A stretch of 64,000 nt of DNA, taken from contig NC_042997.1 of assembly GCF_006345805.1 (NCBI RefSeq), positions 21,824,001 through 21,888,000 of the forward strand, read 5' to 3'. The translations under genes were made by a program, and so were the position numbers. Source of the stretch: Octopus sinensis. Its lineage: Eukaryota. This document shows, piece after piece, positions 11,316 through 25,588 of the stretch (the stretch's first letter is position 1; each line of letters begins with the position of its first letter). The notes under the pieces were generated by a model. The model did not search any database and had not been told where the DNA came from. It saw nothing but the letters and a program-made list of their open reading frames with translations.

Positions 11316-11790
11316 AATGAGGGTGAAAAATCGATATTAATTTAATAATACCGTCAATTTAACACCAAGTGGCTTAGCACAAAAAACTACGGAGGAAATA
11401 CAAATTTATACATAAATTATTAGAGAGTTATCCACTATGTGGATAACTCTAGTGCTAAAAATAGCTCCGAAGCAACCACAGAAGATCCGTTTCCAACTAG
11501 AATCAACACACATTTAACTGAAGGAAAGTGAAATACAACGAATAAAATAGATTGACTCTATACAATTGTTATATATATATATATATATGTATGTGTATTG
11601 GCGTTGGAGTTTGTATCTGTGTTTGTCTCCCCCATACTGCTTGAAAATTGGTGTTGGTATGTCTACTTACCAGATAGAATATGTTTTAAAACAAATAAAT
11701 ACTAGGACCAATTCGTTTGGCCAAAACTCTTCTGGGCGGTGCTACAGTATGGCCTCGGCCTAACGGCTGAAAGAAATAATAGATCAAGCA
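11110..11790 (+). mobile_element. Diverged SINE family 1 with a ~270-bp insert in its microsatellite
   Basis: Head and body 11110-11280, tail half ~11580-11790. Confidence 0.65.
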
Positions 11791-12465
11791 CATATATATG
11801 TGTGCGCCTCTGTGTGTGTGTTTGTGTATGTGCGTGTGCGTGCATGTATGTATACTCAGACAATATTTGTCGAACCATCGTTTCTGTTTACACATATATA
11901 TATATGGTCTATGTATCCCAGATATTATATATGTATGTGTGTACACACGTACCATATCTAAGCCTTACCAACTCGCCTGAATATTCTTCAAGAATTCGCT
12001 CTAAAGTTATAATCCACTACAATTTGCATCGCCTGTGTTTTCCGCATATTTCGAGTATATTACTTTAGTTTTCTTCGTTTATACCCAGTGGGACGTTTTG
12101 TCTACTATTTACGGGGATAATCTTCGTATAGCGAAGTGTTTTCTACTTACTAAATACCATACGTAAGACCCTGTTGTATGTATAATGAAAAACTGATTGA
12201 CAAGCTTACTGTAAAAATTAAGTTTTATGTAGAAAGGCATGCATGAGTCGGCTCACTATTTTCGTGGCTTCGATTGCGTCACATTAGACAAAAGAAACGC
12301 GACAGTGAAGTAGAATAGAGAAGCAGTATAATTTGAATACTGTAAACTATCTGTTATTACAGGATTCAGGAAGATGTCGGTGAGTATAATGATAGAGATG
12401 AATATGACAATGACGATAACTGTGAAGATAGCAGCCAGGGTGATACCATCAGCAAGAATGATGAT

Positions 12466-12636
12466 CATGACGATGATGATCATGATGCCCATCGCGATGA
12501 CGACGGCAGTGTTGGTGGCAGTGATGATGATGATGGTGGTGGTGGTGGTGGTGGTGGTGGTTGTGGTGGTTGTGGTGGTGGTGGTGGTGGTGATGATGAT
12601 GATGATGATGATGATATTGGTGACGGCGACTACGAC
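12466..12636. repeat. (GAT)n/(GGT)n trinucleotide tract
   Basis: Seen directly. Confidence 0.9.
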
Positions 12637-13383
12637 GATTTTCGATTAAGTCTGAAAGCCTGAGTGATGCACATGGAAAATAAGCATTGGCACAGTGAAT
12701 GTATACACTTTAACGAAGCGAAATATATAGTTTTCAATAAGTCGCAATAAACTCTTTAGTAAGAAATGCGAATATTGGTGTCAGTCTCTATCGATGAACA
12801 GAAAGGTTATATTCCTCTTAGAAACATAATAAAGTTGCAACTCAAACAGATTTAGGTTCCTTACCATAATCTTACTAATAGTAATATATCAAATACAGAT
12901 TCGATGTGTTTGAACACCAAATAACACGAAGAAATTATAAACTTATCTACAATAAGTGAATACATAGAAACATAAATACACACACATACAGCTACGTGTA
13001 TATATGCATATATAAAACACGCGTACATATAGATATATGCACATGTATGTATGATTTTTGTTGAGTGTAATTTAAGTTCTACTTGAGAAAGTTCAAAACG
13101 GTTGCTAACAAAGCAGCAAGACTTTTTGAGTTAAGAGAATTTTCGAAGTTTGTAAATATGTGGTTGGGTTGGAGTGTTGGTTGAACTGTCGATGCATACA
13201 TCCAAATGTGTGCATCTACTCACATAAGAATCTCATATGGAGAAATTTTGGAATGTCTAGCGAATCTTGAGAGTACCACTAATAGATTGGATTTGGAGAA
13301 CCCGTGTCAGTTTCTTTTGCTCTTTTCTCACGAAACCGAGTAATTCTAGTTTTTTTTGTGCAAATTTGTATGTAAGTATGTAT

Positions 13384-13807
13384 CAGGAATGGTTGTGTGG
13401 TAAGTAGCTTGCTTACCAACCACATGTTTCCGGGTTCATTCCCACTGCATGGTACCTTGGGCAAGTGTCTTCTACTATAGCCTCGGGCCGACCAAAGCCT
13501 TGTGAGTGGATTTAGTAGACGGAAACTGAAAGAAGCCTGTCGTATATATGTATATATATATATGTATATATATGTATATATATATGTCTGTGTGTGTGTG
13601 TGTGTGTCTGTGTTTGTCCCCCAACATCGCTTGACAACCGATGCTGGTGTGTTTACGTCCCCGTAACTTAGCGGTTCGGCATAAGAGACCGATAGAATAA
13701 GTACTAGCCTTACAAAGAATAAGTCCTGGGGTCGATTTGCTCGACTAAAGGCGGTGCTCTAGCATGGCCGCAGTCAAATGACTGAAACAAGTAAAGAGAG
13801 TAAAAAG
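13384..13807 (+). mobile_element. SINE family 1, full length
   Basis: A-box TGGTTGTGTGG, B-box GGTTCATTCC, body and tail. Confidence 0.9.
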
Positions 13808-13927
13808 TATGTATGTATGTATGTATGTATGCATGCATGCATGCATGTATGTATGTATGTATGTATCTATGTATGCAAGTATGTATGTGTGTATGTATGT
13901 ATGTATGTATGTATGTATGTATGTATG

Positions 13928-13958
<31 letters not shown>

Positions 13959-15581
13959 GTATGCAAGTATGTATGTGTGCATGTATTTATTTATGTACGT
14001 ATGTATAAGAGTAAAGAATAGGGTATAACTTGGTACTCCTTTATTCTAAATGTAACATATGTTTCAGTATTCGGTAACACAAGATATCACACAAAAGTGG
14101 CAACCAATAGAAGCAGCTTATAGACTTGTATAAATCTTTATATGTTTGTAAGTATATGTGTGTATGAATGATATGTATTGTCTTCTTTCAACAACGCCTC
14201 GTGTTATGGTTGTCGTCTCATCAGAAAATAGTTTTCTATGACGAAACGAGAAGCGTAACAACTAGCCATATTGTTAGAAGACGATAAATTGTAAGTATCC
14301 TTACTCTGTGAGTGACTTTGAGTTTTTTCCTATCTTAGTATGCAGAATGCATCCCTGATATAATTTCCTCAAAATACGTGTGTGTGTATGTGTGTGTGTG
14401 TGAGACGATGTGTATGTGTGTGTGACGATGTGCGTGTACATATGTGTACATGTATGTATGTATGTATGTATGTATGTATGTATGTATGTATGTATGTATG
14501 TATGTGTGTATGTATGTATGTATTTCTTTATATTGTGATGTCTTCAGACTGTTTCTCAAAGAATATGTAGGAATTATCTGGTTGCTGCAAGATGCAGCGA
14601 CTCTAAGTGTGATTTGGAAGAAATGCTTATTGCTAATTTTACGATCGAGTCACAGAACGGATGATGATGAGAGCAGAGGAAAGTTACAACTTGCTTGGAA
14701 CGTAGCTTGCTACTTCTAAGTATTTAGATAATAATATAACAGAAGTGACAGAGAAGATAAAGTATGGCTGTATGCAGGACACCTTTTGTTCATTCAGCCA
14801 GGTGTGTGTTTTTTATGTGGACGAGGATGTTTATGTGTACTGTAGCAGCTATTGAACGCACCTGGCCTTTGTAGAAAGCGAACAATTAATCCGTGTTTAA
14901 GTATTATTTGGTCTTTCTCAAGCCTTTGTGGGGCAGTTTTGGCAATGTTGTTGAACTAGTGTCAATAAAAAATCCTGATCCCATATTGAGCAAGAGGTGA
15001 GTCTCAATGTGGTCGCTGGAATCAACATCAGCTTCTAGATGACAGGAAGGCACTTATCACAATTTGGCTTAAATATAGACAAGACGAGATGACCATGTCT
15101 AAGATGGGGTGAAACAAGAACAAAAGCAACAACAGCAAGAAATATTGTAAGGCTTAACCATTATAGAAACTATGAAGCTAATTCGTTTATCGTAAGTAGA
15201 TAGATATATTAGGGTGTTGTAAGCAGTAACTGATATGTATGAATGTGAGTGTGGTGTGTGTATGTGTGTGTGTACTAAGATTCACTTGAGTTTTGTAAAA
15301 GAGATTTAAGGTGTTATTTTTCCATTGGGTGTCAAGTTAGTATACAAATGACACTTGTATGCAGAAGATTATGGAATGAGGTTATCCCCGTATAGGATCG
15401 TGCTTAGGTAGAGATAAACAGCAGCAAGGGAAGACGATTTCTGTTCAAAGCAGCTGGTGGAAAGCATTCTGATCGTCACTGAGAAATGATAAGTAATCAA
15501 AGTGATATAGTAAATATTAAATGTGAAAGCACACAACTATATGTATACATACGTATACACATATATACTTGTGTACGCATG

Positions 15582-15666
<85 letters not shown>

Positions 15667-16058
15667 TTATAATAAAGGGTTAATTGAAACAAGTTGCTCA
15701 AAACCACATACCGAAAATATTAGAAATAGCAGCCAAATTGATCACTATTTCTCCTACTAATAAAAAGTCTCCACAAACAAACAGAATTTGTTTTTTGTAT
15801 ATATATATATATATATATAATATATATATATATAATATATATATATATGTATGTATAAACATGGTAAATAGGGTGATAAAAAATAAATTATTATTACCAG
15901 TGATCCAGCACAAAAGACGAATTAGTCATTAGACTATATATTATTCATATAGAAATACAATAAAGGCTTCTAAATAAAGAAGCGCTGTGCTAGGCACACA
16001 AAAAGGGATAAATTCATGAAAGGAATGAAAATTAAAAACGTTTACCATCTCACCTAAT

Positions 16059-16131
16059 CCTAGACCGACGGTTTCATCTATTTTTAACAAATAAACACAA
16101 TTTATCTGCCAAGGCAAGAATCATCAGTAGG
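16059..16131 (-). ncRNA. Type I hammerhead ribozyme motif upstream of, and inverted to, the PLE remnant
   Basis: CCTA-CTGATGA-T-TCT...AGA-T-GAAA-CCGTCGG-TC-TAGG: GUC triplet, stem I CCUA/UAGG, near-palindromic stem III, long branched stem II region. Confidence 0.65.
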
Positions 16132-16197
16132 GAGCCTTCGTAATCCTAGATGTACAGACCGTTAGAAGCACGTGCAAATCTAACGATTTGTATACCA

Positions 16198-16234
<37 letters not shown>

Positions 16235-16259
16235 GCCTCCATTCTCTTTCCAGTTTAAA

Positions 16260-17100
16260 TCTGTATCCAAGCTATTTTTCAAAATTCTTAGTTCTAGTTT
16301 CCTATCTCACCATAAGTATTCCCTCATCTTTCATAAATCTTCGATTAAAATCTTGTACTCTACAAGACTAAACATGGGATTTATAATTGCCTCTTCCAGG
16401 AGGCATAAACTAAGCTACCTTACTGTGGACCCTACGAATTATCCGCCTGGACCCTCCACCCCACCCTACCCACTAGATACTAATATTATGAGATTCGGGA
16501 ACCCTAATCAATTCAATAATAGCAACCCTGGTACCACCGCCTCTAGTATTAGTAACCCTAGCACATGTGACAGTGGTGACGCCCTCTTCCGACCCCTACC
16601 AGTAACGGTAACACCTCCAGTCATGCTTCAAGGATAACGGATCATATGAATCAGATCAGAATAGGGATCAACCTTAAGCCCACCACCAGTGAGGAAACCT
16701 GTGATTGTCGGGTGTCCCAACTATGTCCGTTGGCTTTTGTTTACACTATAAATGCCGAGTAATAACCCCACATTCCTACCAGGCTAGGGTCTACATTGGT
16801 AGTACTGTTGATTTCCAGCGGCTCAACCGGGCTCATATGAGTTCGTTCTCAAATAGAGCCTCTAAACTCTCTACCTCCCTACCTACATATATACACCACC
16901 TCAAGTCCCAAAATATTACCTACACCTTTTCATTGTACGTAGTTTATAATATATAATAATGAAATTATTGTATACAGTGCTCAGGTGCGCACCACAGTGC
17001 TCAGGTGGGTCTTCCCCGTACAGTACTAATCACAATGTTTGTAAGCTGTATTGCAGGGAGTAGCTCGCTATCCTTCGCCATCATAATACCTCGTTAGGCG
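16260..17100 (+). pseudogene. Penelope-like element ORF remnant: RT thumb, Cys-rich linker, GIY-YIG endonuclease (frameshifted)
   Basis: KYSLIFHKSSIKILYSTRLNMGFIIAS resembles the PLE thumb (KIFNRNTVKVSYSCMPN-type). TCDCRVSQLCPL resembles the CxCR...CPL linker. HYKCRV...VYIGST...HMSSF...STSLPTYIHHLK and PYSTNHNVCKLYCRE match GIY-YIG motifs. Confidence 0.8.
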
Positions 17101-18919
17101 ATAAGTTCTCTGACGTAATTTTTTCGTATGTGTATAAATTTTATTCCATGTTTGCTCATTAACATAACGCGTTTATGATTTATCCTAATTGCGATTAAGC
17201 CCTTACTTATTATTCAGCTATGCTAGTAACATTTTCTTTTTCTACTCTCCTTGAACCATTGTTTCTGTCTCAGCATATCTTCCTCATCCACTTCCTACCC
17301 ATATTCCTTTTGTTCATTGCTTACCTCTTCCTGTCGGTATAGACAGCTACCAACCCTAATTGATTTAAAGTTTTTAAAATGAGGTGTCTGTATGTATGTA
17401 TGTATGTATTGTAATAACGAGCGAAAAATCGCCTGTATGGCAATTTTCTCTGGACCGTATATAATTTCCTGGCGAGCTATTTTTTTTCTTTATTTGCAAT
17501 TTAGTTTTCAAATTTTGACAGGCGTCCCAAATTGAATTTCTCTTTGTGTGATAGTATATCAAAATATAGTGAAGTCAATAAATTGAACAAGATATTCATT
17601 CATTTTAATGCCGCTTTTTAAACAATAAATTTCCCATTGTATAAATTTCTGCTTTATCGCATGAAATTAATATTTGTCTCCGTTTCTCTCAAGAAATAGA
17701 TGCTAAACTCGCTTTCAGATAAATGTACAGAGATAAATGTGCTAGTAGAATACTTAAGTTAAAATGATTTTGTCTGATATTATCGACGTATGTGAGATGA
17801 AATGGCTACAAGTGGTATTAACACACTTTAATGGAGTCCATATACATGAAACCTATCTTTACATTGCGAAACTCCTCAACAACGGCATTTATTAACATGA
17901 AACATTCTCAGATAATATCATACACAAGGAGAGAAGACAAGATATTTTAAATAAGATAATTTCATTTCTAAGTAGCAAGTACTCTTAATAAATGCTAATT
18001 CTGAATTATAAAACAAGAAAAACAATTTAACCAGTTTGTTTTATCTTTATCGAAAGCATTAACTTTGTTCATTTCATGTTATTAATGTTTTAGTTGTTTT
18101 TTTATTTAATTTTTTTTTTTTTGCAGAATAAGTATTATGTATAAATTAGCTTACTATACTGCATTTACATTGAAAATACTGTTGAGAATAACACTATACC
18201 AATATCTGCTTAGTACACGATAGATTTACCTTGGTTGGAATTACCATTAGAGTAGCAATTCGAGCAATTTACTCGAAATATTTGGTTGTAAATGATATTG
18301 AAGCTTTGAGATTTCGAGAACACACGCGTGTTGTTTGCCTGTAGTTTAGACTACTACATTCGTATTGTTCGCTCGAAATGTTTATATATCTAATTTCAAA
18401 GGTTCCCAGATTGAAACAAGAGAACATTATCTCAATGAAATATGTTACATATGGTCAATTTCATGTTTTAATTTATCCTCAGAGTTCTACAGTTCAGTTT
18501 GAATTTTTAATTTGGTGTACAAAGCTAATTCAGAAATATGTGGAGTTAGCATTAGATGAACGAATTTACAACATTGTATTGAATCTAAAAAGAATAAAAT
18601 ACATTTATTTATGCATTGATGATTTTATTAGCGGGATAATTAATAGCAATCAATGTATTAATGAATAAAGTGTTATCTAAAAACATGAACGATCCTAGTT
18701 GCTTGAAGCTAGGATCGCAAAACATCCTTTATTTGTAACAGCAAATAATGATATTCTATGTCATACAACTAGGATAATGGTGGAAATTTCGTATATAAAG
18801 ACAGTTTCCTGGGATATTCTAGAATGCTCGCGTCCACTTCCGTTTCTCGCGCTCCCTCTATTATCATACAAATATATACATCTGTTATCATGCAAATGTA
18901 TACATCTATTATCATACAA

Positions 18920-18962
<43 letters not shown>

Positions 18963-19148
18963 CACGCATACGCACACATACACACATATATACATACATT
19001 TGTATTGATATGTGTGAATATGCATATACAATTACATATGTGTATATATGTATACACACTCACACATATATATATATATACACACACACGCACATATACA
19101 TATATGTGTGTGTTTGTGTGTACATACACGTGTGTGCGCGTGTTGTAG

Positions 19149-19181
<33 letters not shown>

Positions 19182-20860
19182 CGGATTATAGTTGGAATAC
19201 AGCCATCCACTTCATGAATAGTCGGATACAACCGTAATCAGAAGTGGTATTGGGTAACGAAAGTAACGAATACGATGCCAACGATGTTGAATGGATGAAT
19301 GAATCGATGGATCAATATATTATCCGAGATTTATTAGTAGTATTACAGTTTATTCAGTTGAAGCTTTTTTTATGATTCGGTGATCATTGTATTCTATAGT
19401 TTAAGCAGTGGTGTGAGTTTGCTCGCTAGTAGTGCAATGGAAAGAAGCAGAAACAACTATAGTAGCGGTAAAAGGAGCAGAAAAAAACACTAATATTATC
19501 GTTGTCATTGTTATTGTTGTAGTTGTTTTTGTTGGTGGTTGTGGTGGTAGTGGTGGTGGCTTAGTAGTAGTAGTAGTTGTTGTTGTTGGTGGTGGTGGTG
19601 GGGGTGGTAGCGGTGAAGGTGGTAGTGGTGGTGGTTTGGTAGTAGTAGTAGTAGTAGTAGTTGCTGTTGTTGTTGCTGTTGTCATTCTTGTTGTTTTGTT
19701 GTTGTTATTTAATCTCACGTTCAGCCCTAATTGAATAAACCTATATTCAACGCCTCACAGCTATGACTGTCTCATTATAAGATAAGGGAAGTTTTGACTG
19801 TTTTTTCTAGCATCTTGAGTTACCACGTAAAGGCGTACTCATTGAAGCAATATTTGCATATCAGACAGGGAGTCATATTTTTTGTGATCTAAGCTTTTAT
19901 ATAAATGATTACTACTGTGAATGTCGAAGGCAGATGAACATTTTTGGGAAGCTACTTTTCAAAGCGCTATTTTGTAGTAGTTTATATTTTAGCAATACCA
20001 GTAATGGTTTTTACTTGTGTTTTGTGTTCATATTTAAAGGGATTATAAATCAAGATTGTGAAGGGGTGTGGTCCAGGGGTTAACGTGTTGCAGTTAAGGT
20101 TATAGTTTAGATGCCCAAACTTGATGCTGCGTTGTGTTCTTGAGCAAAACACTTCTTTTCACGTTGCTCCAGTCTACCCAGCTAAGAATGAGCTCCAACA
20201 ATAACTACGAAGTTTACCCTTCGACAATCGGTATCCCATTCGGGTGGGCGTGTAGCTTCAGTTACTTATACACTTTGGTAACCGAGCTGAACTCCGGCTT
20301 TATGCGTCCTAGGACTCATGACAGGTTTAAATCTAAGTAAGCAATTCAAGATTGTTTCAGGAAATGAGTAATGTGCGCCATTTTCACGACGAAAGAAACT
20401 GTGTTGCCATTGGAGAATTGCTTAACAGTTTAATAACTAAACCAGCGCATGCACAATCACTCGCTCTTTCTCTCCTTCCCCCTCTCTTTCTCTCTTTCTC
20501 TTTCTCTCATTAGATGAGGCTTACATCCACTCTTACGAACAATTTTAAACAACAATTCTCACGATAAACAAAACAAAATGCGCCGTTTTTTTTTTCTACC
20601 CCAAAACTTTAATCTCGCTTTGATTGCAATAACAGAATTAGTAATCCAGATATTAGAATGCACATTGTAATGATCTTTATAAAATTATCAGTTTCATGAC
20701 ATTAAGTTTAAGATTGCCAAATATCCATTGTAAAATTTGAATTTTAGATTTAAAATTAATCTGAAAATGTCAATTTTAAAACATAATTCGTCCATTAGAA
20801 TCTTAGACGCAATTATCTCAGAAGCCAATATGATCCACACGTATTATATTGCAACGCATA

Positions 20861-21050
20861 AGGCAGCGAGCTGGCAGAACCATTAACGCATAGGAAACAA
20901 TACTTAGAGACATTTCTTCCGGCTTTTTACGTCTTCAGTTCAAATTCTGCCAAAGTCGACTTGGCCTTTCATCCTTTGGAGGCCGATAAAATTTGTACCA
21001 GCTGGGCACTGGGGTCTATGTAACTGACCTCATCCTACCCCCCCAAAGTT
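20861..21050 (+). mobile_element. Diverged SINE family 2
   Basis: GGCAGCGAGCTGGCAGAA head and GTCGACTTGGCCTTTCATCC core. Confidence 0.7.
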
Positions 21051-21731
21051 TTGGCTGTACGCCCAAAATTAGAATTTTATTGAAACAGATCTTACGTATC
21101 TAGAATCCATGAACAAACATTCATGTTATATAGTATTTACAGTTATTGCTGTCATCGTCGTCTTGGCTACTGATATTGTTGTTTATGTTTTTGTTGTTGT
21201 TGTTGTGGTTACCCCTAAGTCAACCCAGATTAAGCAGATCTGTAACCAAATACAGTACATCTAAGACTTCATTAATCAGTGTCACCTTTTCTTAAAGTCA
21301 CTTCTGAGTAAGTTCATGGAGATTTGGCCGCTATTTCTACAGCACTGAATGAGACGTAAGGGCCCCTGTCGCTTGGCTCATTCTCTATAGTTTTTTTACC
21401 ATTTCTGTAACATTGATTTTACCATTTCCCCTTAAACTCGCTAGCCGTATGCAGTGTATATTCTTATTTACTTTTTGAATTTTTAAAATTTCTCTTTTGC
21501 TCCATGGATATACTTTATCTAAAATTCTACGTCGAACATTTCGAAATGTCTTTATATCTGAGAAGTCCTTTTCTGCATGAAACTAATTCCTTTATATGTT
21601 TTGCTGCACAATTATAACCATCCAACTCCTTTATCAATTCTAGACAAATGAAACAGATGTAGCCCTAACCTACATAGCTCTGCAGCAAGGAAGCTTATTA
21701 CGCAATCAGGTGGAAACTTACCATATTCATT

Positions 21732-22127
21732 TACTAGCAGTATTGCCCGGCGTTGCTGGGTTTTTTTTTTCGACCCTTTAAAATTGGAATTTTTGAAAAG
21801 TAAAACTTTTGCATTATGTAGCTTGTTATTCCCTTTAAGTGAACATTTTTCTGTTGGAATACACCGAAAAAGGGCGATACAGCAGTCAAAAAATCGTAAA
21901 AAATAGGGATTTTCATAGAAAAAAAGCACCTTTTTAATGTTAATAAGTTTTGGTGTTAACATGGTCCGATTTGAATTTTTTCTTCTACGGAAGGAAGAGC
22001 AAGCCTTCCTCTATCATACTCTCAATTCTGCCCAACTTGCGCCGGAGGGTCTCGGGGGAGATAGTGTTAGTTGAAGGCTACCAATCCTGCCATACACAGA
22101 CAACTTCAGCTTTATATATAGAGAGAT
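21732..22127. mobile_element. Helentron-associated non-autonomous element (HINE/DINE-1-like)
   Basis: Starts TACTAGCAG...CCCGGCGTTGCTGGG (subterminal hairpin) and ends CAGACAACTTCAGCTTTATATATAGAGAGAT, at T-rich junctions. Recognised from pattern only. Confidence 0.55.
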
Positions 22128-25100
22128 TTATATCTATCCAATGCTGATTGTCCGATGGAAATTTATAAAGTGAACTCTGGGTAGTCTCAGTGTTAGTAAT
22201 GAATGAAATGAGATTGAGAGCCTGAAATTCTTGAAGCAATATCAAACAGCTGCGTAGATAGTAAACATTTCATTTTAAAATAGAATTTACTGCTTCTTAT
22301 ATACTTTTTTAAAAATTTTCTTTTTGAGTCTTGGAGCAACCAGTCAAGATTAATGTTATTCTTGCATTATAAATTGTTATATCGCAACATTTACAACAAC
22401 AACAACAGCAACAACAATGATGGCAGCATCAGCAGTAGCTGCAGTTCCCACGAACACAACATCAAATCAATTACTAAAATGCTAAAGAATAACAAGCAAG
22501 TCAGGCTGCATTAAAAATTCTATTTTTTTACTGTTATAAATTTTTCTTCAATCTGACGTCATATTCAGTTTGATTTCCTAATGAGTTTAATTAGGAAGTA
22601 GAAACTGGAAATTGGAGGAAAGCTTAAAATAAATTTAAATGTGTCTGTATGTGTGCGTGTGTGCCGTGGATAAGGAGGATACGTATTGAAATGCAGGAGT
22701 GAGTTAGTTGTACAAGTCTTTTCATTCGCCTATTTCCTCTAATAACTTCCGACCATGTAGCGTAGATATTTCCTTAATGCTGACTTTATTTAAACGAAGT
22801 TTAAGAATATTATACGTATTGTGTGGTTTGATTAAGCTAAAGTGAGACGGTGTTATTGCAAGAAAGAGTAGGGGCAGGGATGATAAACTAATTACACATA
22901 GATATACAAATAGTTCTTTGACCTTTCAATGCACATATTTGTCTATATGAAACGGGGTGGGGGAGAGATAGTGAGATAACAGTGAACGAGTAAGTTGTCT
23001 GTTTGATTACTGAGCTCGACATGCATTGACTACACACAGCGTTGCCTCTCACTCAATCTTCACGGGAGGATTGCCCTTCCTCTCTCTTCCTCTCTCATCA
23101 TGCCTCTCCTCCACTTTCTTTCCCCCCTCTTCCTTCCTCCTCCCCCCTCTCTCTCTCTCCCTCTCTATCTCTTTCCTTTTCATTTAACAAATTGATTCTG
23201 ACAGATAGAATAGTTTAGCTCAATTAACTGCCTAACTACGCCATTCCAAGGGAAGAAAATACAGCGTGCAGTATAAACATTATTATGCAACTAAAAGCTG
23301 ATGATTTTCAAAATAATGTAACGCAAGCTGAACAGGATATTTGAGACAATTGAAAACTAGTGAAGATTGTATTATTTAAAATTATTTGTATTAGCTACAA
23401 AACAGCCTTCAGCAAATCAACGTTCTGAAGGAAATTCGATACTTTGAGCAGATGCAACTTTAACAGATATACACTGTTTTGAGAAATGGAGCATATGCTA
23501 CACTATCGAATATTAATGGTACAGTGCGGGCCAGGTGGTTGAAATATAGTGATATGATCAATAGATCAAAATTTATAAACGTCAAGCCATTGAGGTGCTT
23601 AAAATTCTGAGAAAAATTCCAAATGAGATTACAACATGCAGGAGAGAAACATGATGTAAATGTTGTGATAATGTAAAAGAAGCCATAGTGTTTTACTTGC
23701 CGAAGCTCAAACGATCTTTCTGCTCTCATCAAAACGAAAAGCAGCTGTATCATCCGGGTTCAACGAAGGAGTTTCTTCGCGGTTGCTTAACCTGTTAGAA
23801 AGCGCAACCAACTCCAACTCAAATCCCGACCTATTATCCTAACACTTGAAAATGGCAGCAGAATTTTACTTACCTGCGCTCAACAATCTTAAAAAGAATA
23901 GGTATGGATCTGAAAGAGAAATATTGCGAGACAGGCTGAACAACTTACTCTTATTAATGCTTCAGATCATAACGATCAACAAAAACAGAGATAACTCAGG
24001 GCCCTGAAGATTTAAGTAGATGAACGATAAGCCGATATATGATACTGGACTTATACATGTATTTATTTTGAATTTTCTATCGAGAACATAAGTATAAAAC
24101 ATAAATATTGTTACGCAACTAAATTAATATTCACTCGTAGATCTCCTCAATTAGAGATGGTTTGAAGCTTATCGACTATAACAATAACAATAAAATGTTA
24201 TAACTTCCAACACAGATGCCAAGAATAATCATTAATAACTCCGTACGTAAAAACAATAACAGAAGTCACGTGTTTCACTGGCATTAAGTATTTCGTAGAA
24301 AAATAGCATCCTCCACAGAAGCAGCAGCAGCAGCAAAATAAGCATAATACAGAGAAAAGGTATCATAAGCCAAAAGCAAAGAAAGAAAGTAGTCTCTGGA
24401 AAACAAAACCCAAACTGATCAGTAAAATAGCCTGCCATCCGCTAATCTAGATCTTAACAGAGATATGAATATATCAGGGAGATGATTAACGACTTGGTAA
24501 AGAAACGAAAATAGAAAACTTTTAATCATAGTAAGGTGGTTGTAGGTATGAAGGAACCCTCTTTAAGAGGCAAAATAAACATAGGATTAATCAGTTAATC
24601 CTGTGTTAATAAACATAGGATTAATCAGTTGAATATCTACAGAAGTATAAAACTGATGCAATGAAGTTGTGCCTGTTATTTAATTCTTAAGTCAACCCTT
24701 ATGATCGATGGTGTAACTTTTTCTAAATCTCAGATTACATTATCAGATTTGTCCCTCCATTTTTTACGAGGATACGATGTAATTTTAACGAGATTTAGCG
24801 GCTATTTCTAGCAAATAAGGTGATTGCATATGTGTTTTCCCTTCGGACCTAGATGTAGTGAAGCTCCTTGCTAATGTATGAGGCTAACTTTTTACAAATG
24901 AGGTCGGGTTGTTTAAACGCTCAATTTTGAAACAGTTACCCATTTTCTTCTCTATTCAAAGACACATATACCTCATCTTCATTACAAGCAAAACTGGTCG
25001 ATTCTTTTTTACCTTTACAAAATCCACAGCACCTTTTTCATGAAATTTCTTAAATTCCTTCTCCCGAGTGTGATTAAAATTAACAATATTTCTCACCCAA

Positions 25101-25359
25101 ATTGCCGGCCTTGTACCTAATTTAGAAATGATAATAGAAAGACGTACTTTACTTTCTTCTCTTGCTGGTAATAAACCAGTTCCTGCATACATTCCCCTTC
25201 CAAAATTTTTAAACATTTATTGTTTAAATCAATTAATGTAAAAAACATTCATACATCTTACTTCCTGTTTCTTCCCAACAGATTCATACACGCACATACA
25301 CACGCAGATACATATAAACACATATATTTACATATACATCTCTTCCCCACTTCTTTCTT

Positions 25360-25402
<43 letters not shown>

Positions 25403-25510
25403 TGCCCTTTTTCTCTCTCTTAATATACATACATATATATGTGTGTGTATGTATGTATAAGAATGAGTGAAAAAGATGTAAATATGATTATAAGTAATTA
25501 TATATATATA

Positions 25511-25543
<33 letters not shown>

Positions 25544-25588
25544 CATACATACATACATATATATATATATATTATATATATATATATA

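Noticed and set aside
23465-23600. Possible plus-strand exon (IYTVLRNGAYATLSNING...)
   Set aside because: Weak donor, no recognisable homology, and opposite strand to the other candidates.
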